Of a stretch of DNA of 64,000 nucleotides, positions 9,509 through 20,106 are shown in pieces. Under the pieces are notes generated by a model, which saw only the letters and a list, made by a program, of their open reading frames with translations, was not told the DNA's origin and made no database searches. The translations under genes were made by a program, and so were the position numbers. The stretch's first letter is position 1. Each line of letters begins with the position of its first letter. Source of the stretch: Nitrospirota bacterium (GTDB taxonomy: Bacteria; Nitrospirota; UBA9217); contig CAWIYV010000009.1 in NCBI GenBank assembly GCA_963840455.1, positions 224,001 to 288,000 of the forward strand. Direction: 5' to 3'.

Positions 9509-9805
9509 CGGACGGGCAGGGATCACTAAGGCCAAGTTTACCCTGGTTTTCATTTTTCTGCACCCCGGTTCACAGGTCCATGCAGGCATGCAGGGTTGGT
9601 ACTGTTAACAAGTTTACTCGAGCATCGCAGCGCTTCCCCTCGCCCAGGAATAAGGGCTCGGCCGTGTCTGCCTAGCTTGGTGATGTCATCGGCCATGACT
9701 GCTTCCGCATGCTTGTGCACAGACCTGTTCACGGGATGCAGTGGCTTTTGGAAAGGCAGATTCACAGGCCCATACCCAAACCCCGCATGTCCCTGGAGCG
9801 GCCCT

Positions 9806-9932
9806 ATGAAATGCCTGGGCACCCGTCTTGGCCTAAGGAAGCGTCCCGCAGGGCGAACGTGCATGTCTGAGGCCGAAGGCCGAGTTTGCGCGGGCGAGCG
9901 GACGTGGCCTTAGACGGGTCAGGAATTTCATT
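9806..9932. repeat. Nested inverted-repeat element (MITE-like or structured RNA)
   Basis: atgaaat.cctg...cagg.atttcat and cccgtct...agacggg pairs around an internal ggccgaaggcc hairpin. Confidence 0.5.
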
Positions 9933-10031
9933 CAGGACGCGAAGGGGATATGCAAAAAATTACGCCTCTTCAATCGATAATATATACTCACTCAAGAGAG
10001 AAAAGACCCATTATTTTATTATGGAGGAATC

Positions 10032-10505
10032 ATGTCGGAAGAAAAAGAGATCAAGGAGTGCGAAAGCACCCTCGAAGCGTACAAAACGAAGGTCTCGCAG
10101 GTGAACAAGGCAACGCTGACCTGGGACAAGGACCTGATCTTTGTCGGCCGTACCAACCGCGGCTACGAGGTGGAGTACGACGCCCAGCAGCAGTGGGGGT
10201 GCTCTCCCACCGAGACGCTGCTGCTCTCCGTTGCCGGCTGCATGGGCATCGACATGGTGTCCTTCCTCAAGAAGATGAAGTGCGAGATCAAGTCCTACAA
10301 GATGGACATCATGGGGGAGCGGAACCCCACGCCTCCCCAGTACTACACCTCCATCGACATGGTCATCACCGTGGCCGGCAGCGGGCTCACCGCGAAGAAG
10401 ATCGAACGCGCCATCGCCCTGTCCCAGGATAAGTACTGCTCCGTCTATCACTCGCTCCGGAAGGACATGAAGGTGAAGGTAGAGTATACCTTCGAGAACG
10501 CATAG
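10032..10505 (+). CDS. OsmC/YhfA family protein
   Basis: SPTETLLLSVAGCMGID and SQDKYCSVYHSL; GGAGG RBS. Confidence 0.9.
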   Translation: MSEEKEIKECESTLEAYKTKVSQVNKATLTWDKDLIFVGRTNRGYEVEYDAQQQWGCSPTETLLLSVAGCMGIDMVSFLKKMKCEIKSYKMDIMGERNPTPPQYYTSIDMVITVAGSGLTAKKIERAIALSQDKYCSVYHSLRKDMKVKVEYTFENA

Positions 10506-10651
10506 CGCATGCGCGATCGGAAACGTAAATAATGGAAATTGAAGCGTGAAGCTTGAACAATGCAGTGCCCCAGGCCTGCGCCGGCCGGTCTGTTGCCGAT
10601 TTCCACTTATTAATCTTGCCTGATCCGGGCAAGCCGGGACGAAAACCTTGG

Positions 10652-10751
10652 AACCCCGAAGGCGCGAAGGACGCCAAGGAAGGCAAATAATTGTTCCTGG
10701 TTTAAACCAAAGAATCAGAGATCTTCTTCTCGACCTTTGCGCCTTCGCGGT
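10652..10751. repeat. About 100-bp REPIN/MITE-like palindromic element, copy 2 (inverted)
   Basis: Reverse complement matches 7377-7476, including the internal aaaccaggaa. Confidence 0.7.
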
Positions 10752-10824
10752 GAGTTTTTCTTGCCATTTTGAGCAGAATTTGATTCTTCACAGACTACGC
10801 CTATTCAACGTTCAATAGCGCTCT

Positions 10825-11952
10825 ATGCCTTCCATCCGGCTTCTCAAGAACGGCACCGAGGTCTTCCCGGCGATGTTCGACGCCATCGACCGGGCTGTTT
10901 CCTGCGTCGTACTCGAGATGTACATCTACGCCGACGACGGGACAGGCAGGGAGGTCCGGGGGCGGCTGGTGAACGCGGCCAGGCGGGGCATCCGGGTCAT
11001 GGTGCTGGTGGACGCCGTGGGGTCGTGGTCCCTTTCAGAGGCCTTCTGGGATGAGCTACGGAACGCCGGAGGCATGGTGCGGCGTTTCCGGCCGGTCTCT
11101 CGCGGCATGTTCCTGTTCCGGAACCACCGGAAACTCCTGCTGGTGGACGACCGGACCGCCTTTATCGGCGGGCTGAACATCGCAGACGAGTACTTTCGCG
11201 GCTCCGGCGGCGAGCCGCCCTGGCGGGACAATGCCCTGGAGATAAGGGGACGCGAGGTGATGCAGCTCAGGCGCTCCTTTGACCGGATGTGGGCGCGGGC
11301 CGATCTTCCGTTCCGCAGAACGTTCTTCCGGTCCCGGCATGATCGCGGGGGGCGGGAGACTGCAGCCGGCAGGCTGCGGTTCCTGGAAAGCGGCCCTGAA
11401 AACCCCATGCACCCGGTGCGGAAGGTCTATCGTCAGCTCATCCGTGGGTCGGCCGCAGGCATTGATCTTGCCATGGGGTATTTTTATCCCCACGGGGGCA
11501 TCCTCCGGGCGCTCAAGCGCGCGGTCAACCGCGGCGTACGCGTTCGGCTCCTGTTCCCCCGGAAAAGCGACATCCCCATGGCGCGCTGGGCGGCACGGGG
11601 GCTCTACGGCAGGCTGCTGCGCTCCGGGATGGAGGTTTGGGAGTACCGGCCGTCCATGATGCACGCCAAGCTCGCGATCGTCGACGATACGCTGATCGCC
11701 GGATCGGCGAACCTGGACATCCGGAGCGGCAGGATCAACTACGAACTGGTCGCGGTCGTGAACGACAGAGAACTGGCGCGCCGGGCAAGGTCCGACTTTG
11801 AGGAAGACCTGATGCAGGCCGAGCGCATCACGCTCGAAGCGTGGAAGGCCCGGCCGTTCATGCAGAAGATCAAGGAACGCATCAGCTACTGGCTCCTGGC
11901 GCGGCTGGACATCTTCTTCGCCAAAGCGGAGATGGCACGGCTGATGCGGTAG
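10825..11952 (+). CDS. Cardiolipin synthase B-like phospholipase D
   Basis: RNHRKLLLVDD and MHAKLAIVDD..GSANLD. Confidence 0.85.
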   Translation: MPSIRLLKNGTEVFPAMFDAIDRAVSCVVLEMYIYADDGTGREVRGRLVNAARRGIRVMVLVDAVGSWSLSEAFWDELRNAGGMVRRFRPVSRGMFLFRNHRKLLLVDDRTAFIGGLNIADEYFRGSGGEPPWRDNALEIRGREVMQLRRSFDRMWARADLPFRRTFFRSRHDRGGRETAAGRLRFLESGPENPMHPVRKVYRQLIRGSAAGIDLAMGYFYPHGGILRALKRAVNRGVRVRLLFPRKSDIPMARWAARGLYGRLLRSGMEVWEYRPSMMHAKLAIVDDTLIAGSANLDIRSGRINYELVAVVNDRELARRARSDFEEDLMQAERITLEAWKARPFMQKIKERISYWLLARLDIFFAKAEMARLMR

Positions 11953-12077
11953 AATTGCAGAGGCAGGATAGGGAAGGCTGTAGACAAAAGACAGGGGACA
12001 GGAACACTGCTCGCTGACTTCCTTTGTCCTGTGTATATCTGTGTTCATCTGTGGTTAAATTGTTAAAGGAGGCTGTT

Positions 12078-12650
12078 ATGAAGTTCAAGGGATCGAAGAC
12101 CGAGAAGAACCTGCTGGCCGCCTTTGCGGGCGAATCGCAGGCCAGGAACCGTTACACTTTCTTCGCCAGCGCGGCGAAGAAGGAAGGGTATGAACAGATC
12201 GCTGCGCTTTTTCTGGAGACCGCGGAAAATGAGAAGGAGCACGCCAAGCGTTTCTTCAAGTTCCTCGAGGGCGGCATGGCGGAGTTCACGGCCACCTTTC
12301 CGGCGGGCCGCATCGGGACCACTGCTGAGAACCTGAAAGCCGCGGCGGAAGGGGAGAACGAGGAATGGACGAAGCTCTATCCAGGCTCGGCTGACGTGGC
12401 GGAGCAAGAGGGGTTCAAGGATGTTGCAGCAGCGTTCCGCGCCATCGCAAAGGTCGAGGTCCAGCATGAGAAACGGTACCGAAAGCTGCTGGAGAACGTG
12501 GAGAAGGGAAAGGTGTTCAGAAAGGACAAACCGACCGCCTGGAAGTGCCGCAACTGCGGGCACATCCATGAGGGCCCCGAGGCGCCCGAGGTCTGCCCGG
12601 CCTGCCTCCACCCGAAGACCTTCTTCGAGCTGGTGTCGGAGAACTACTAA
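12078..12650 (+). CDS. rbr: Rubrerythrin
   Basis: [30 protein letters not shown]; AAGGAGG RBS. Confidence 0.95.
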   Translation: MKFKGSKTEKNLLAAFAGESQARNRYTFFASAAKKEGYEQIAALFLETAENEKEHAKRFFKFLEGGMAEFTATFPAGRIGTTAENLKAAAEGENEEWTKLYPGSADVAEQEGFKDVAAAFRAIAKVEVQHEKRYRKLLENVEKGKVFRKDKPTAWKCRNCGHIHEGPEAPEVCPACLHPKTFFELVSENY

Positions 12651-12718
12651 GTTCACTGTTGCATTGCGGTCTGCCGGAGTCGTATAATTGTATCATTACG
12701 ATCCGGAGGGGCTGCAAC

Positions 12719-13060
12719 ATGACGATGGAAGCTGAGTACATGATCAAGGAAGCGCCGACCTGCCCGCACTGCAAGGCGGTCATGGAAAAAATGGACGCTC
12801 GCTACCTTGACTGGGGCACCACATTCCTGTGGGTCTGCTTCAACAACGACTGCGGCTTCTTCAAGAAGGGCTGGGAGCATATGATGAACACCGTCGGCCA
12901 GCTCGTATCCTACCGGTTCATGATCACGCCGGACACCGGCACGCAGGGCGTGATCCCTGCGTTCAGCTCGGAGTACCTGGCCAAACAGGGCAAACCGTCG
13001 AATCCCTACCTGGACCCGGATGCCGTGGACAAGTATTACGAGGTGCCGGACGAGGAGTAG
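12719..13060 (+). CDS. Zinc-ribbon-like hypothetical protein
   Basis: CPHC...WVCFNNDC; GGAGG RBS. Confidence 0.75.
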   Translation: MTMEAEYMIKEAPTCPHCKAVMEKMDARYLDWGTTFLWVCFNNDCGFFKKGWEHMMNTVGQLVSYRFMITPDTGTQGVIPAFSSEYLAKQGKPSNPYLDPDAVDKYYEVPDEE

Positions 13061-13086
13061 GTAGATCTACCTGATCAGGTGCAGGA

Positions 13087-13128
13087 AAATCAAAAGAGGC
13101 AGCCGAATGGCTGCCTCTTTTTGATTTT
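13087..13128 (+). terminator. Intrinsic terminator (bidirectional)
   Basis: aaaagaggcagcc-gaat-ggctgcctcttttt. Confidence 0.8.
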
Positions 13129-13408
13129 GCGGGTTCCTGCATCCTGTGAATCCAGGAACGAGTGCAATCACGATATGCTGCGTGATGAGCGAGTGATTAG
13201 GATAACTTCAACACCCTGAGGATCGAAGCTCCAAAGCAGTTTCCGTTGGGAGCTTCAACCGGGGTGCGGAAAAAAATCTTGTTTTTGGGCAGCCCGGTGC
13301 GGCTCGACTGAACTCGCCGAAGTCTCCGCTGTGCCAAGCATGCAGGATGCGCGTGAATGATCCTGTCCCAACCCCACAAAGTTCCCGGCTTCTGAACAGC
13401 GGAAACAA

Positions 13409-13441
13409 CAAAAAGAGACGGCCGATAGGCCGCCTCTTTTG
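13409..13441 (-). terminator. Intrinsic terminator of the fdh operon
   Basis: aaaaagagacggcc-gata-ggccgcctctttt just past the fdh stop. Confidence 0.7.
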
Positions 13442-13461
13442 CTTTCCCGCCTGATAACGCG

Positions 13462-16167
13462 CTACTTCCTGCCCGAGAGGACCTCTTCGCTCGACTGTTT
13501 TTCCGCCAGAACGACCTTCACGGCGCAGACCTTGAACTCGGGGATCTTGACGTCCGGGTCCAGGGCGTCGTTCGTCAGCACGTTGGCTGCCGCCTCGCGG
13601 TAGTGCATGGGGATGAAGACCGTGCCCTCGGAGACCCGCCGGGTGAACCGCGCCTTGATCTTCACTTCCCCGCGCCTCGAGCTGACCGTCACGAGGTCTC
13701 CCTGGGCGATCCCGAGCTTTGCGCCGTCCAGGGGGTTCAGCTCCACATAGGCCTCGCCGGCATGCTCTTCGATGGCCCTGACCTGGCGCGTCATGGTCCC
13801 GGAATGGTACTGGTAGAGGTTCCTGCCCGTCGTCAGGATGAAAGGATAGTCCCGGCTTGCCACCTCCGCCGGGGGATTGAAGGCGATGGGCATGAAGGGG
13901 ATCTTTTTGGCGAACCCGTCCTTGTACAGGAACTCGGTGCCCGGATGGTCCTTCGTCGGACAGGGCCAGGCGATGCCGCGTGATTTGATCCGGTCATAGG
14001 TGATGCCTCCCATGGCCGGCCAGAGCCTGCCGAACTCCTCCAGGACCTGCTCCGGCGACCGGTAGTCCATCGGGTATCCCATGGCCTTCGAGAGGTCCTT
14101 GATGATGGACAGGTCGTCCCGCGCTTCCCCGGGAGGGCTGACCGCCCTGCGCACGCGCTGCACCCGGCGCTCGGTGTTGGAGAAGGTTCCGTCCTTCTCG
14201 AAAGAGCAGGCTGCGGGAAGCACCACGTGGGCGTAACGCGCCGTCTCGGTCATGAAGATGTCCTGCACCACGAGGAACTCAAGGTTCTTCAGCGCCTTGA
14301 TGGTGTGGTGCTGGTTCGGGTCGGTGAGGATGGGGTTCTCGCCCATGATGTACATGGCCTTGAGCGTTCCGTCCGCCGCCGCGTTCATCATTTCCGTGGC
14401 GAAGAGCCCGCGCCTGGAAGGGATGGCGACGCCCCAGGCTTGCTCGAACTTTTGGCGCGGTTCGGTGAGGTCCACCCGCTGGTACCCGGGAAGGACGTTC
14501 GGCATGCACGCAGCGTCCGACGCGCCCTGCACGTTGTTCTGGCCGCGGAGGGGGTTCACGCCCGTGAACTCCCTGCCGATGTTCCCGGTCAGCGTCGCGA
14601 GGTTCGCGATGGCCCGCACATTGTCCGTGCCGCAAGTGTGCTGGGTGATGCCCATGGTGTAGAAGATGCCGGCCTTGCGGGACCCGCCGTACATCCTGGC
14701 CGCCTTGATGAGGTCCGACTTGGGCACGCCCGTGATCAGTTTCACCTTCTCGGGCGTGAACTCATCGAGCGACCTTTTCCAGGCATCGAACCCTTCGGTC
14801 CTCTCCTTGATGAACTCGTCGTTTTGCAGCCCCTCTTTGAGGATGACGTGGGCCATGCCGTTCAGCAGGGCGATGTCCGTGCCCGGGCGTATCCTGAGGA
14901 ACACCTCGGCAAACTTCACCATGGGGACCTTGCGCGGGTCGGCGACGATGATCTTCGCGCCTTTGCGGTAGGCCTTGATCATGCGGTTCGCGATGACCGG
15001 GTGCGTCTCCTTGGTGTTGGAGCCGATGATGAAAATGACCTCCATGCCCTCGATCTCCCGGATGGAGTTCGTCATGGCACCGGAGCCGAAGATGGCGGCC
15101 AGACCGGCCACCGTGGGGGAGTGTCAGAGTCGGGCGCAGTGGTCGACATTGTTGGTGCCGATCGCCGCGCGCATGAACTTCTGGAAGAGGTAGTTCTCCT
15201 CGTTGGTGCACCGCGCCGAGGAGAGGCCGCCGATGGCATCGGCGCCGTGCTTCTCCTTGATCTTCTTGAACCACGCCGCGGTGTATTCCAGCGCGCCGGT
15301 CCACGAGGTCTCCTCGAACTCGCCGCTCGCCCTCCGGATGAGGGGTTTGGTGAGCCGGTCGGGGCTGTTCACGAACTTGTATCCGAACCGCCCCTTGACG
15401 CAGAGCCAGCCCTCGTTCGGCGTCCAGGGCTTCGACGAGATCCGGACGATCTCGTTGCCCTTCACATGGGCCGTGACCGTGCAGCCCGTGCCGCAGTAGG
15501 GGCAGGTGGTGTCCACTTCGCGGACGCCCTCGTAGCGGCCGCGGCGGGCCCATTGTTTGCCGGTGAGCGCGCCCGTGGGGCAGACCGAGACGCACTGGCC
15601 GCAGAACTCGCAGTCCAGGTCATCCTCATAGGTCGTGCAGATCTTGGACTTGAACCCGCGGTAGCCGAAGTCGATGGCCTCGACGCCCTGCACCTCGTCA
15701 CAGACCTTGACGCACCTGCCGCACATGACGCACTTCTCCATGTCCCGCTCGATGAACGGGTTTCCGTCGCGTTTTGGGTAGAGGCGCCGTTCGCCGGCAT
15801 ATTCCTCCCCCCGGACGCCATAGGTGTATGCGAGTTCCTGCAGGGCGCAGCTGCCCGTGGCCTCGCAGGTCATGCAGTCGTTGGGGTGGTCGGACAGGAT
15901 CAGCTCCAGCACCATCTTCCGGTAGTCCTCGATCTCCGGCGTCGAGGTCAAGACCTCCATGCCGTCGGAGACCGACGTGGTGCAGGACGCCACGGGCTTC
16001 GGCATGCCCTTCACCTGGACGATGCAGAGCCGGCACCCGCCGAAGGGCGTGAGCTGCGGATGGTGGCACAGGGTCGGGACCTGGATCCCGTTCCGCCGCG
16101 CAGCTTCCAGGACCGTGAGGTCCGCGGGGACGGTGAACTTCTTTCCGTTTATGGTGAGGGTGACCAT
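13462..16167 (-). CDS. fdhF: Selenocysteine-containing cytoplasmic formate dehydrogenase alpha subunit with NuoG-like N-terminal Fe-S domains (about 901 aa)
   Basis: Track ORFs 15124-16239 and 13462-15111 are in frame across TGA: NNVDHCARL-U-HSPTVAGL; CPYCGTGC, LRGQNNVQG; GAGG RBS before ATG16167. Confidence 0.93.
15094..15112 (-). promoter_or_regulatory. Bacterial SECIS hairpin
   Basis: GGUGGCC-GGUCU-GGCCGCC begins 11 nt after the in-frame UGA, as in fdhF-type SECIS. Confidence 0.85.
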
Positions 16168-16234
16168 CGTTTTCCTCGTTTGTTCCTGTTCGTCATTCCC
16201 TCGACCAAGGGAATCCAGTCGATCAACTTCTTCC

Positions 16235-16260
16235 GCCACAGAGGCACAGAGAACACAGAG
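16235..16260 (+). repeat. REP-like arm (left)
   Basis: gccacagaggcacagagaacacagag; inverted partner at 16698-16723. Confidence 0.75.
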
Positions 16261-16279
16261 GGAAAGAAATCTTAAGCCA

Positions 16280-16642
16280 TCACTGCTGAGACTTTATCTT
16301 CTTCCCGGGGATCCCTAGCAGTCTGTTGAATTCCTCCGGCGAATGGAGCTTAAAAACAGGCACTTTCGCCTTGGATAATACCTGAACATATCCCGCAGGA
16401 TCGTACAGCCATCTATTGCCTGGGTTGATGTCTATCTTATATATTAGCGCCGTTGGTGTTTCTGCGGCTATCTTTGTTTTCTTGCTCCAGTGATCCTGGA
16501 ATCGCAAGAGCATTTTCTCATCTCGGATTTCGTTGATTATTTCGAAATTCTTATCACGAATCGTAATGCTAATGATTTCATCGGCCCGGGCCGAGACAGG
16601 TAACAGTACGACGACGAGGATGAAAATCAATTTGTAGTTCAT
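16280..16642 (-). CDS. Small AT-rich secreted hypothetical protein
   Basis: 120 aa; signal peptide MNYKLIFILVVVLLPVSARA; visibly lower GC than its neighbours. Confidence 0.7.
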   Translation of the reverse strand: MNYKLIFILVVVLLPVSARADEIISITIRDKNFEIINEIRDEKMLLRFQDHWSKKTKIAAETPTALIYKIDINPGNRWLYDPAGYVQVLSKAKVPVFKLHSPEEFNRLLGIPGKKIKSQQ

Positions 16643-16697
16643 ACGATCAAGAATATGTTCTCTCTGCGTCCTCTTCGGCGAGAAAGGATCTGTCTTT

Positions 16698-16723
16698 CTC
16701 TGTGCTCTCTGTGCCTCTGTGGC
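16698..16723 (-). repeat. REP-like arm (right)
   Basis: ctctgtgctctctgtgcctctgtggc, near-perfect reverse complement of 16235-16260. Confidence 0.75.
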
Positions 16724-16782
16724 GAAAACTAAGTTGCCTTTTCCCCGTGTCTCCCCGTCCCCGCGTCTCCGCGTCGGTTTTT

Positions 16783-18561
16783 CTAATCCCTCATCACCGA
16801 TTTGAACTTGCAGACATCGAAACAGCTCCCGCAGCGGATGCACTTGACCGGATCGATCTTGTGGGGGACCTTCTTCTCGCCCGTGATCGCGCCGGTGGGG
16901 CAGGCCTTCAGACAGGCGCCGCAGGCCTTGCAGAGCTTCTCGTCGATCGAGTAGGTCAGGAGGGCCTTGCAGACCTTTGCCGGGCATTTCTTGTCACGGA
17001 TATGGACCTCGTACTCCTCGCGGAAGTACTTGATGGTCGACAGGATCGGGTTCGGGGCGGTCTGTCCGAGCCCGCACAGCGAGGTGTTCCTGATGCCGGC
17101 GGAGAGCTTCTCGAGCCGCTCGATATCGTCGGGACGGCCCTGTCCTTTCGTGATCCGGTCCAGGATCTCCTTGAGCCGCTTGGTGCCGACGCGGCAGGGG
17201 ACGCACTTCCCGCAGGACTCTTCCTGGGTGAAGTGGATGAAGTACTGGGCCATGTTCACCATGCAGTTATCCTCGTCGAGGACGATCATGCCGCCGGAAC
17301 CGACGATGGAGCCGACCTTGGCCAGGGACTCGTAGTCCACGGTCAGGTCGAGCATGCTTGCGGGGATGCAGCCGCCCGAGGGGCCGCCGGTCTGGACCGC
17401 TTTCAGGGGCTTCCCGCTTTCAATGCCGCCGCCGATCTCGTTGATGATCTCGCCCAGGGTGATGCCCATGGGTACCTCGATGAGGCCGGTGTTCTTGATC
17501 TTGCCGGTGAGCGCGAAGACCTTGGTGCCCCGGGACTTCTCCGTGCCGTAGGCGGCGTACCAAGCGCACCCTTTCCGGATGATGTACGGGATGTTGGCGA
17601 GCGTCTCGACATTGTTGATGACCGTGGGGCGCTGCCACAGCCCCTTGTTCACCGGGAAGGGCGGCTTGGGCCGGGGCATGCCGCGCTGGCCTTCGATGGA
17701 GGCGATGAGCGCCGTCTCCTCGCCGCAGACAAAGGCGCCGGCGCCGAGCTTGACCTTGATGTCGAAATCAAAGGTGGTGCCGAAGATCTTGTCGCCCAGG
17801 AAGCCCTTCTCGCGCGCCTGTGCGATCGCCCGGTGCAGCCGCTCCACGGCCAGAGGATACTCGGCGCGGATGTAGACGTAGCCGTGATGGGAGCAGAGGG
17901 CGTAGGCGCCGATGATCATGCCCTCGATGACCGAATGCGGGTTGCCTTCGATGACGGCCCGGTCCATGAACGCGCCCGGGTCTCCCTCGTCGGCGTTGCA
18001 GACGATGTACTTGATGTCGCCCGCCGCCTTCCTGCCGAGGTCCCACTTGAGTCCCGTGGGGAACCCGGCGCCGCCGCGGCCCCTGAGGCCGGACTGCTTG
18101 ATCTCCTCGATCACCTCTTCGGGGTACCAGGAGTGGAGCACTTCGCGCGCGGCCTCATACCCGCCCACGGCCCGGTAGGCCTCGATGTCCTCGGGGTCGA
18201 TGCGGCCGCAGTCCGACAGCACGACCTTGATCTGTTTGCGGTAAAATGCGTCGTAGGCCCCGTCGACGAGCCATTCCTTCACCGGAGTGCCGGCGACGAG
18301 GTGCTCCTCGACGATGCGGGGGACCATGTCGGGTTTCACGTACTGGTAGACCGTCTTTTCCCCGCCTGCGTGCACCTCGACGAGCACATCGCGGGCGCAG
18401 AGGCCGACGCAGCCTACCTGGTGGGACGAGCAGTGTTCCTTGAGCGCTGCAGGGACACCGGCCTGCGCGAGGGCCTCGGAGAACGCTTCGAGGACCTTCT
18501 TGCCGCCTGCAGCGATGCCGGCGGGCCCCATGCAGACCCGTATGACGGTCGTGTTCTCCAC
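16783..18561 (-). CDS. NuoF/HydB/HylB-like FMN- and NADH-binding subunit
   Basis: SGLRGRGGAGFPTG, NADEGDPGAFMDR, GAFVCGEETAL, ESCGKCVPCR, C-terminal 2x[4Fe-4S]. Confidence 0.93.
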   Translation of the reverse strand: MENTTVIRVCMGPAGIAAGGKKVLEAFSEALAQAGVPAALKEHCSSHQVGCVGLCARDVLVEVHAGGEKTVYQYVKPDMVPRIVEEHLVAGTPVKEWLVDGAYDAFYRKQIKVVLSDCGRIDPEDIEAYRAVGGYEAAREVLHSWYPEEVIEEIKQSGLRGRGGAGFPTGLKWDLGRKAAGDIKYIVCNADEGDPGAFMDRAVIEGNPHSVIEGMIIGAYALCSHHGYVYIRAEYPLAVERLHRAIAQAREKGFLGDKIFGTTFDFDIKVKLGAGAFVCGEETALIASIEGQRGMPRPKPPFPVNKGLWQRPTVINNVETLANIPYIIRKGCAWYAAYGTEKSRGTKVFALTGKIKNTGLIEVPMGITLGEIINEIGGGIESGKPLKAVQTGGPSGGCIPASMLDLTVDYESLAKVGSIVGSGGMIVLDEDNCMVNMAQYFIHFTQEESCGKCVPCRVGTKRLKEILDRITKGQGRPDDIERLEKLSAGIRNTSLCGLGQTAPNPILSTIKYFREEYEVHIRDKKCPAKVCKALLTYSIDEKLCKACGACLKACPTGAITGEKKVPHKIDPVKCIRCGSCFDVCKFKSVMRD

Positions 18562-19020
18562 TTATTTCTTCCTCAGGGTCTTGATCTCTTTTAGGATGGG
18601 ATCGGCGGTCGTCTTGCCGTGGACCGCGCCGTTGATCAGGACAACGGGGGCGAAGCTGCAGAAACCGAGGCAGGCGACCTTCTCGACCGTGAACTGGCCG
18701 TCAGGCGTGGTGTCCTCTTCGTCGGCGAGATGCAGTTCCCGCTTCAGACTGGTCAGGATGCGTTCTGCGCCGCGGACATGACAGGCCGTCCCGCAGCAGG
18801 CAGTGATGCGGTTCTTGCCGCTGGGCTTCAGGCGGAACTGCGAGTAGAAGGTCGCGACGCCGTAGAAGCGGCTGGGTGCGATGCCCAGCGTGTCCGAGAG
18901 ATACTGGACGGCCTCTTTCGGCACATAACCGAAGGCCTCCTGTGTGTCCTGGAGGAGGGAGATGATGTTGCCGCCTGTTTCCCGGTGCTTTTTGATGATG
19001 TTGTCGAGGGTGGTTTCCAT
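18562..19020 (-). CDS. NuoE/HydC/HylC-like [2Fe-2S] subunit
   Basis: GVATFYSQF, CCGTACHVRG, VACLGFC. Confidence 0.93.
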   Translation of the reverse strand: METTLDNIIKKHRETGGNIISLLQDTQEAFGYVPKEAVQYLSDTLGIAPSRFYGVATFYSQFRLKPSGKNRITACCGTACHVRGAERILTSLKRELHLADEEDTTPDGQFTVEKVACLGFCSFAPVVLINGAVHGKTTADPILKEIKTLRKK

Positions 19021-19205
19021 AAAAATAATTTATGCGGCCATTAATAATAACACACGGTTCCATTTTTGCAACGAAAAAAAAGGGGAGAGGACCATCGATG
19101 CGCGGACCAGGGAGGGCGGAGGGAGGAACGTGGTCCGCGGCGGAGAACGTCGTTCCCCGCCGCGTGAATATCAGACCGGAGGGAGCAGCGAAGGGGGGCC
19201 TGCCC

Positions 19206-19634
19206 TTAACCGGCGATATAGTCCCGGAGGTAATGCAGGTCCGAGGTGAGCTTCTTTACCTGGGTCTGGATGATGTCGCGGATGGACAGCATGCCGATGA
19301 CCCGGCCGTTGTGCAGGACCGGCAGGTGGCGGATGTTCTTCTCCACCATGATCGAGCTGATATCGCCCAGTTCGTCGTCGGGCACTGCTACGATCAGGTT
19401 GGTCACCATAGCGTCGCGGACCTTCGATTCCTTGAAGCTCTTGCCCCCGGAGTTGATGTAGCTCCGGACAACATCGCGCTCCGTGAAGATGCCCACGGTC
19501 TTGCCCTGTTCGGTCACCATGATGGCGCTGATCTTCCGGGCGTTCATGGAACGGATGGCGTCATCCACCGAGCTGTCGACATCGATGGAGACGATGTCCC
19601 TTCCCTTTGAATCCAGCAGGTCCCGTACCTTCAT
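19206..19634 (-). CDS. CBS-domain pair protein
   Basis: GIFTERDV, IRHLPV, GMLSIRDII. Confidence 0.9.
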   Translation of the reverse strand: MKVRDLLDSKGRDIVSIDVDSSVDDAIRSMNARKISAIMVTEQGKTVGIFTERDVVRSYINSGGKSFKESKVRDAMVTNLIVAVPDDELGDISSIMVEKNIRHLPVLHNGRVIGMLSIRDIIQTQVKKLTSDLHYLRDYIAG

Positions 19635-19911
19635 GATCGATACCCCCATGTCTCGAGAATAGGCAGAACGTACAGCGGCGCCGCATCAACCGTATGGCGC
19701 CAATTATAGCAAAGGTGCGGGGTGAAAGTAAAGCGCTGACGCAGGAAAAAGCAGGTGCACGGCCGGGTAATGCGGTCGTCATCGTTCCAAAAAACATTTT
19801 GCAAAAAAGACCCTGCTGTGCTAAAGTTTTTTTGAAATCGCGCATTTAACGCGGATTGCGCAGGATCCCCGTGCTGGCCGGCTCGCGGCGGGCGGGGATC
19901 GGAGGCGAGCG

Positions 19912-20106
19912 ATGGAACCGATCATGTGTCCGTTCTGCGGCGGGACGAACTTGTATCAGGACGACGACTACAGCCTCGAACTGGACTTCGAGTACTGGAC
20001 CATCCATCACTGGGAATGCATGGAGTGCGCACAGTCGTTCGACAAGGTCGATATCCTGCCCGCGACCAACAGCTTCGAGGAGATCAATGAGAGCACCATA
20101 CACTGA
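19912..20106 (+). CDS. Small acidic zinc-ribbon protein
   Basis: 64 aa; CPFC...CMEC; GGAGG RBS. Confidence 0.65.
   Translation: MEPIMCPFCGGTNLYQDDDYSLELDFEYWTIHHWECMECAQSFDKVDILPATNSFEEINESTIH

Noticed and set aside
15124-15126. Split fdh as a pseudogene
   Set aside because: The stop is an in-frame UGA at the catalytic position with a SECIS, so it is Sec recoding
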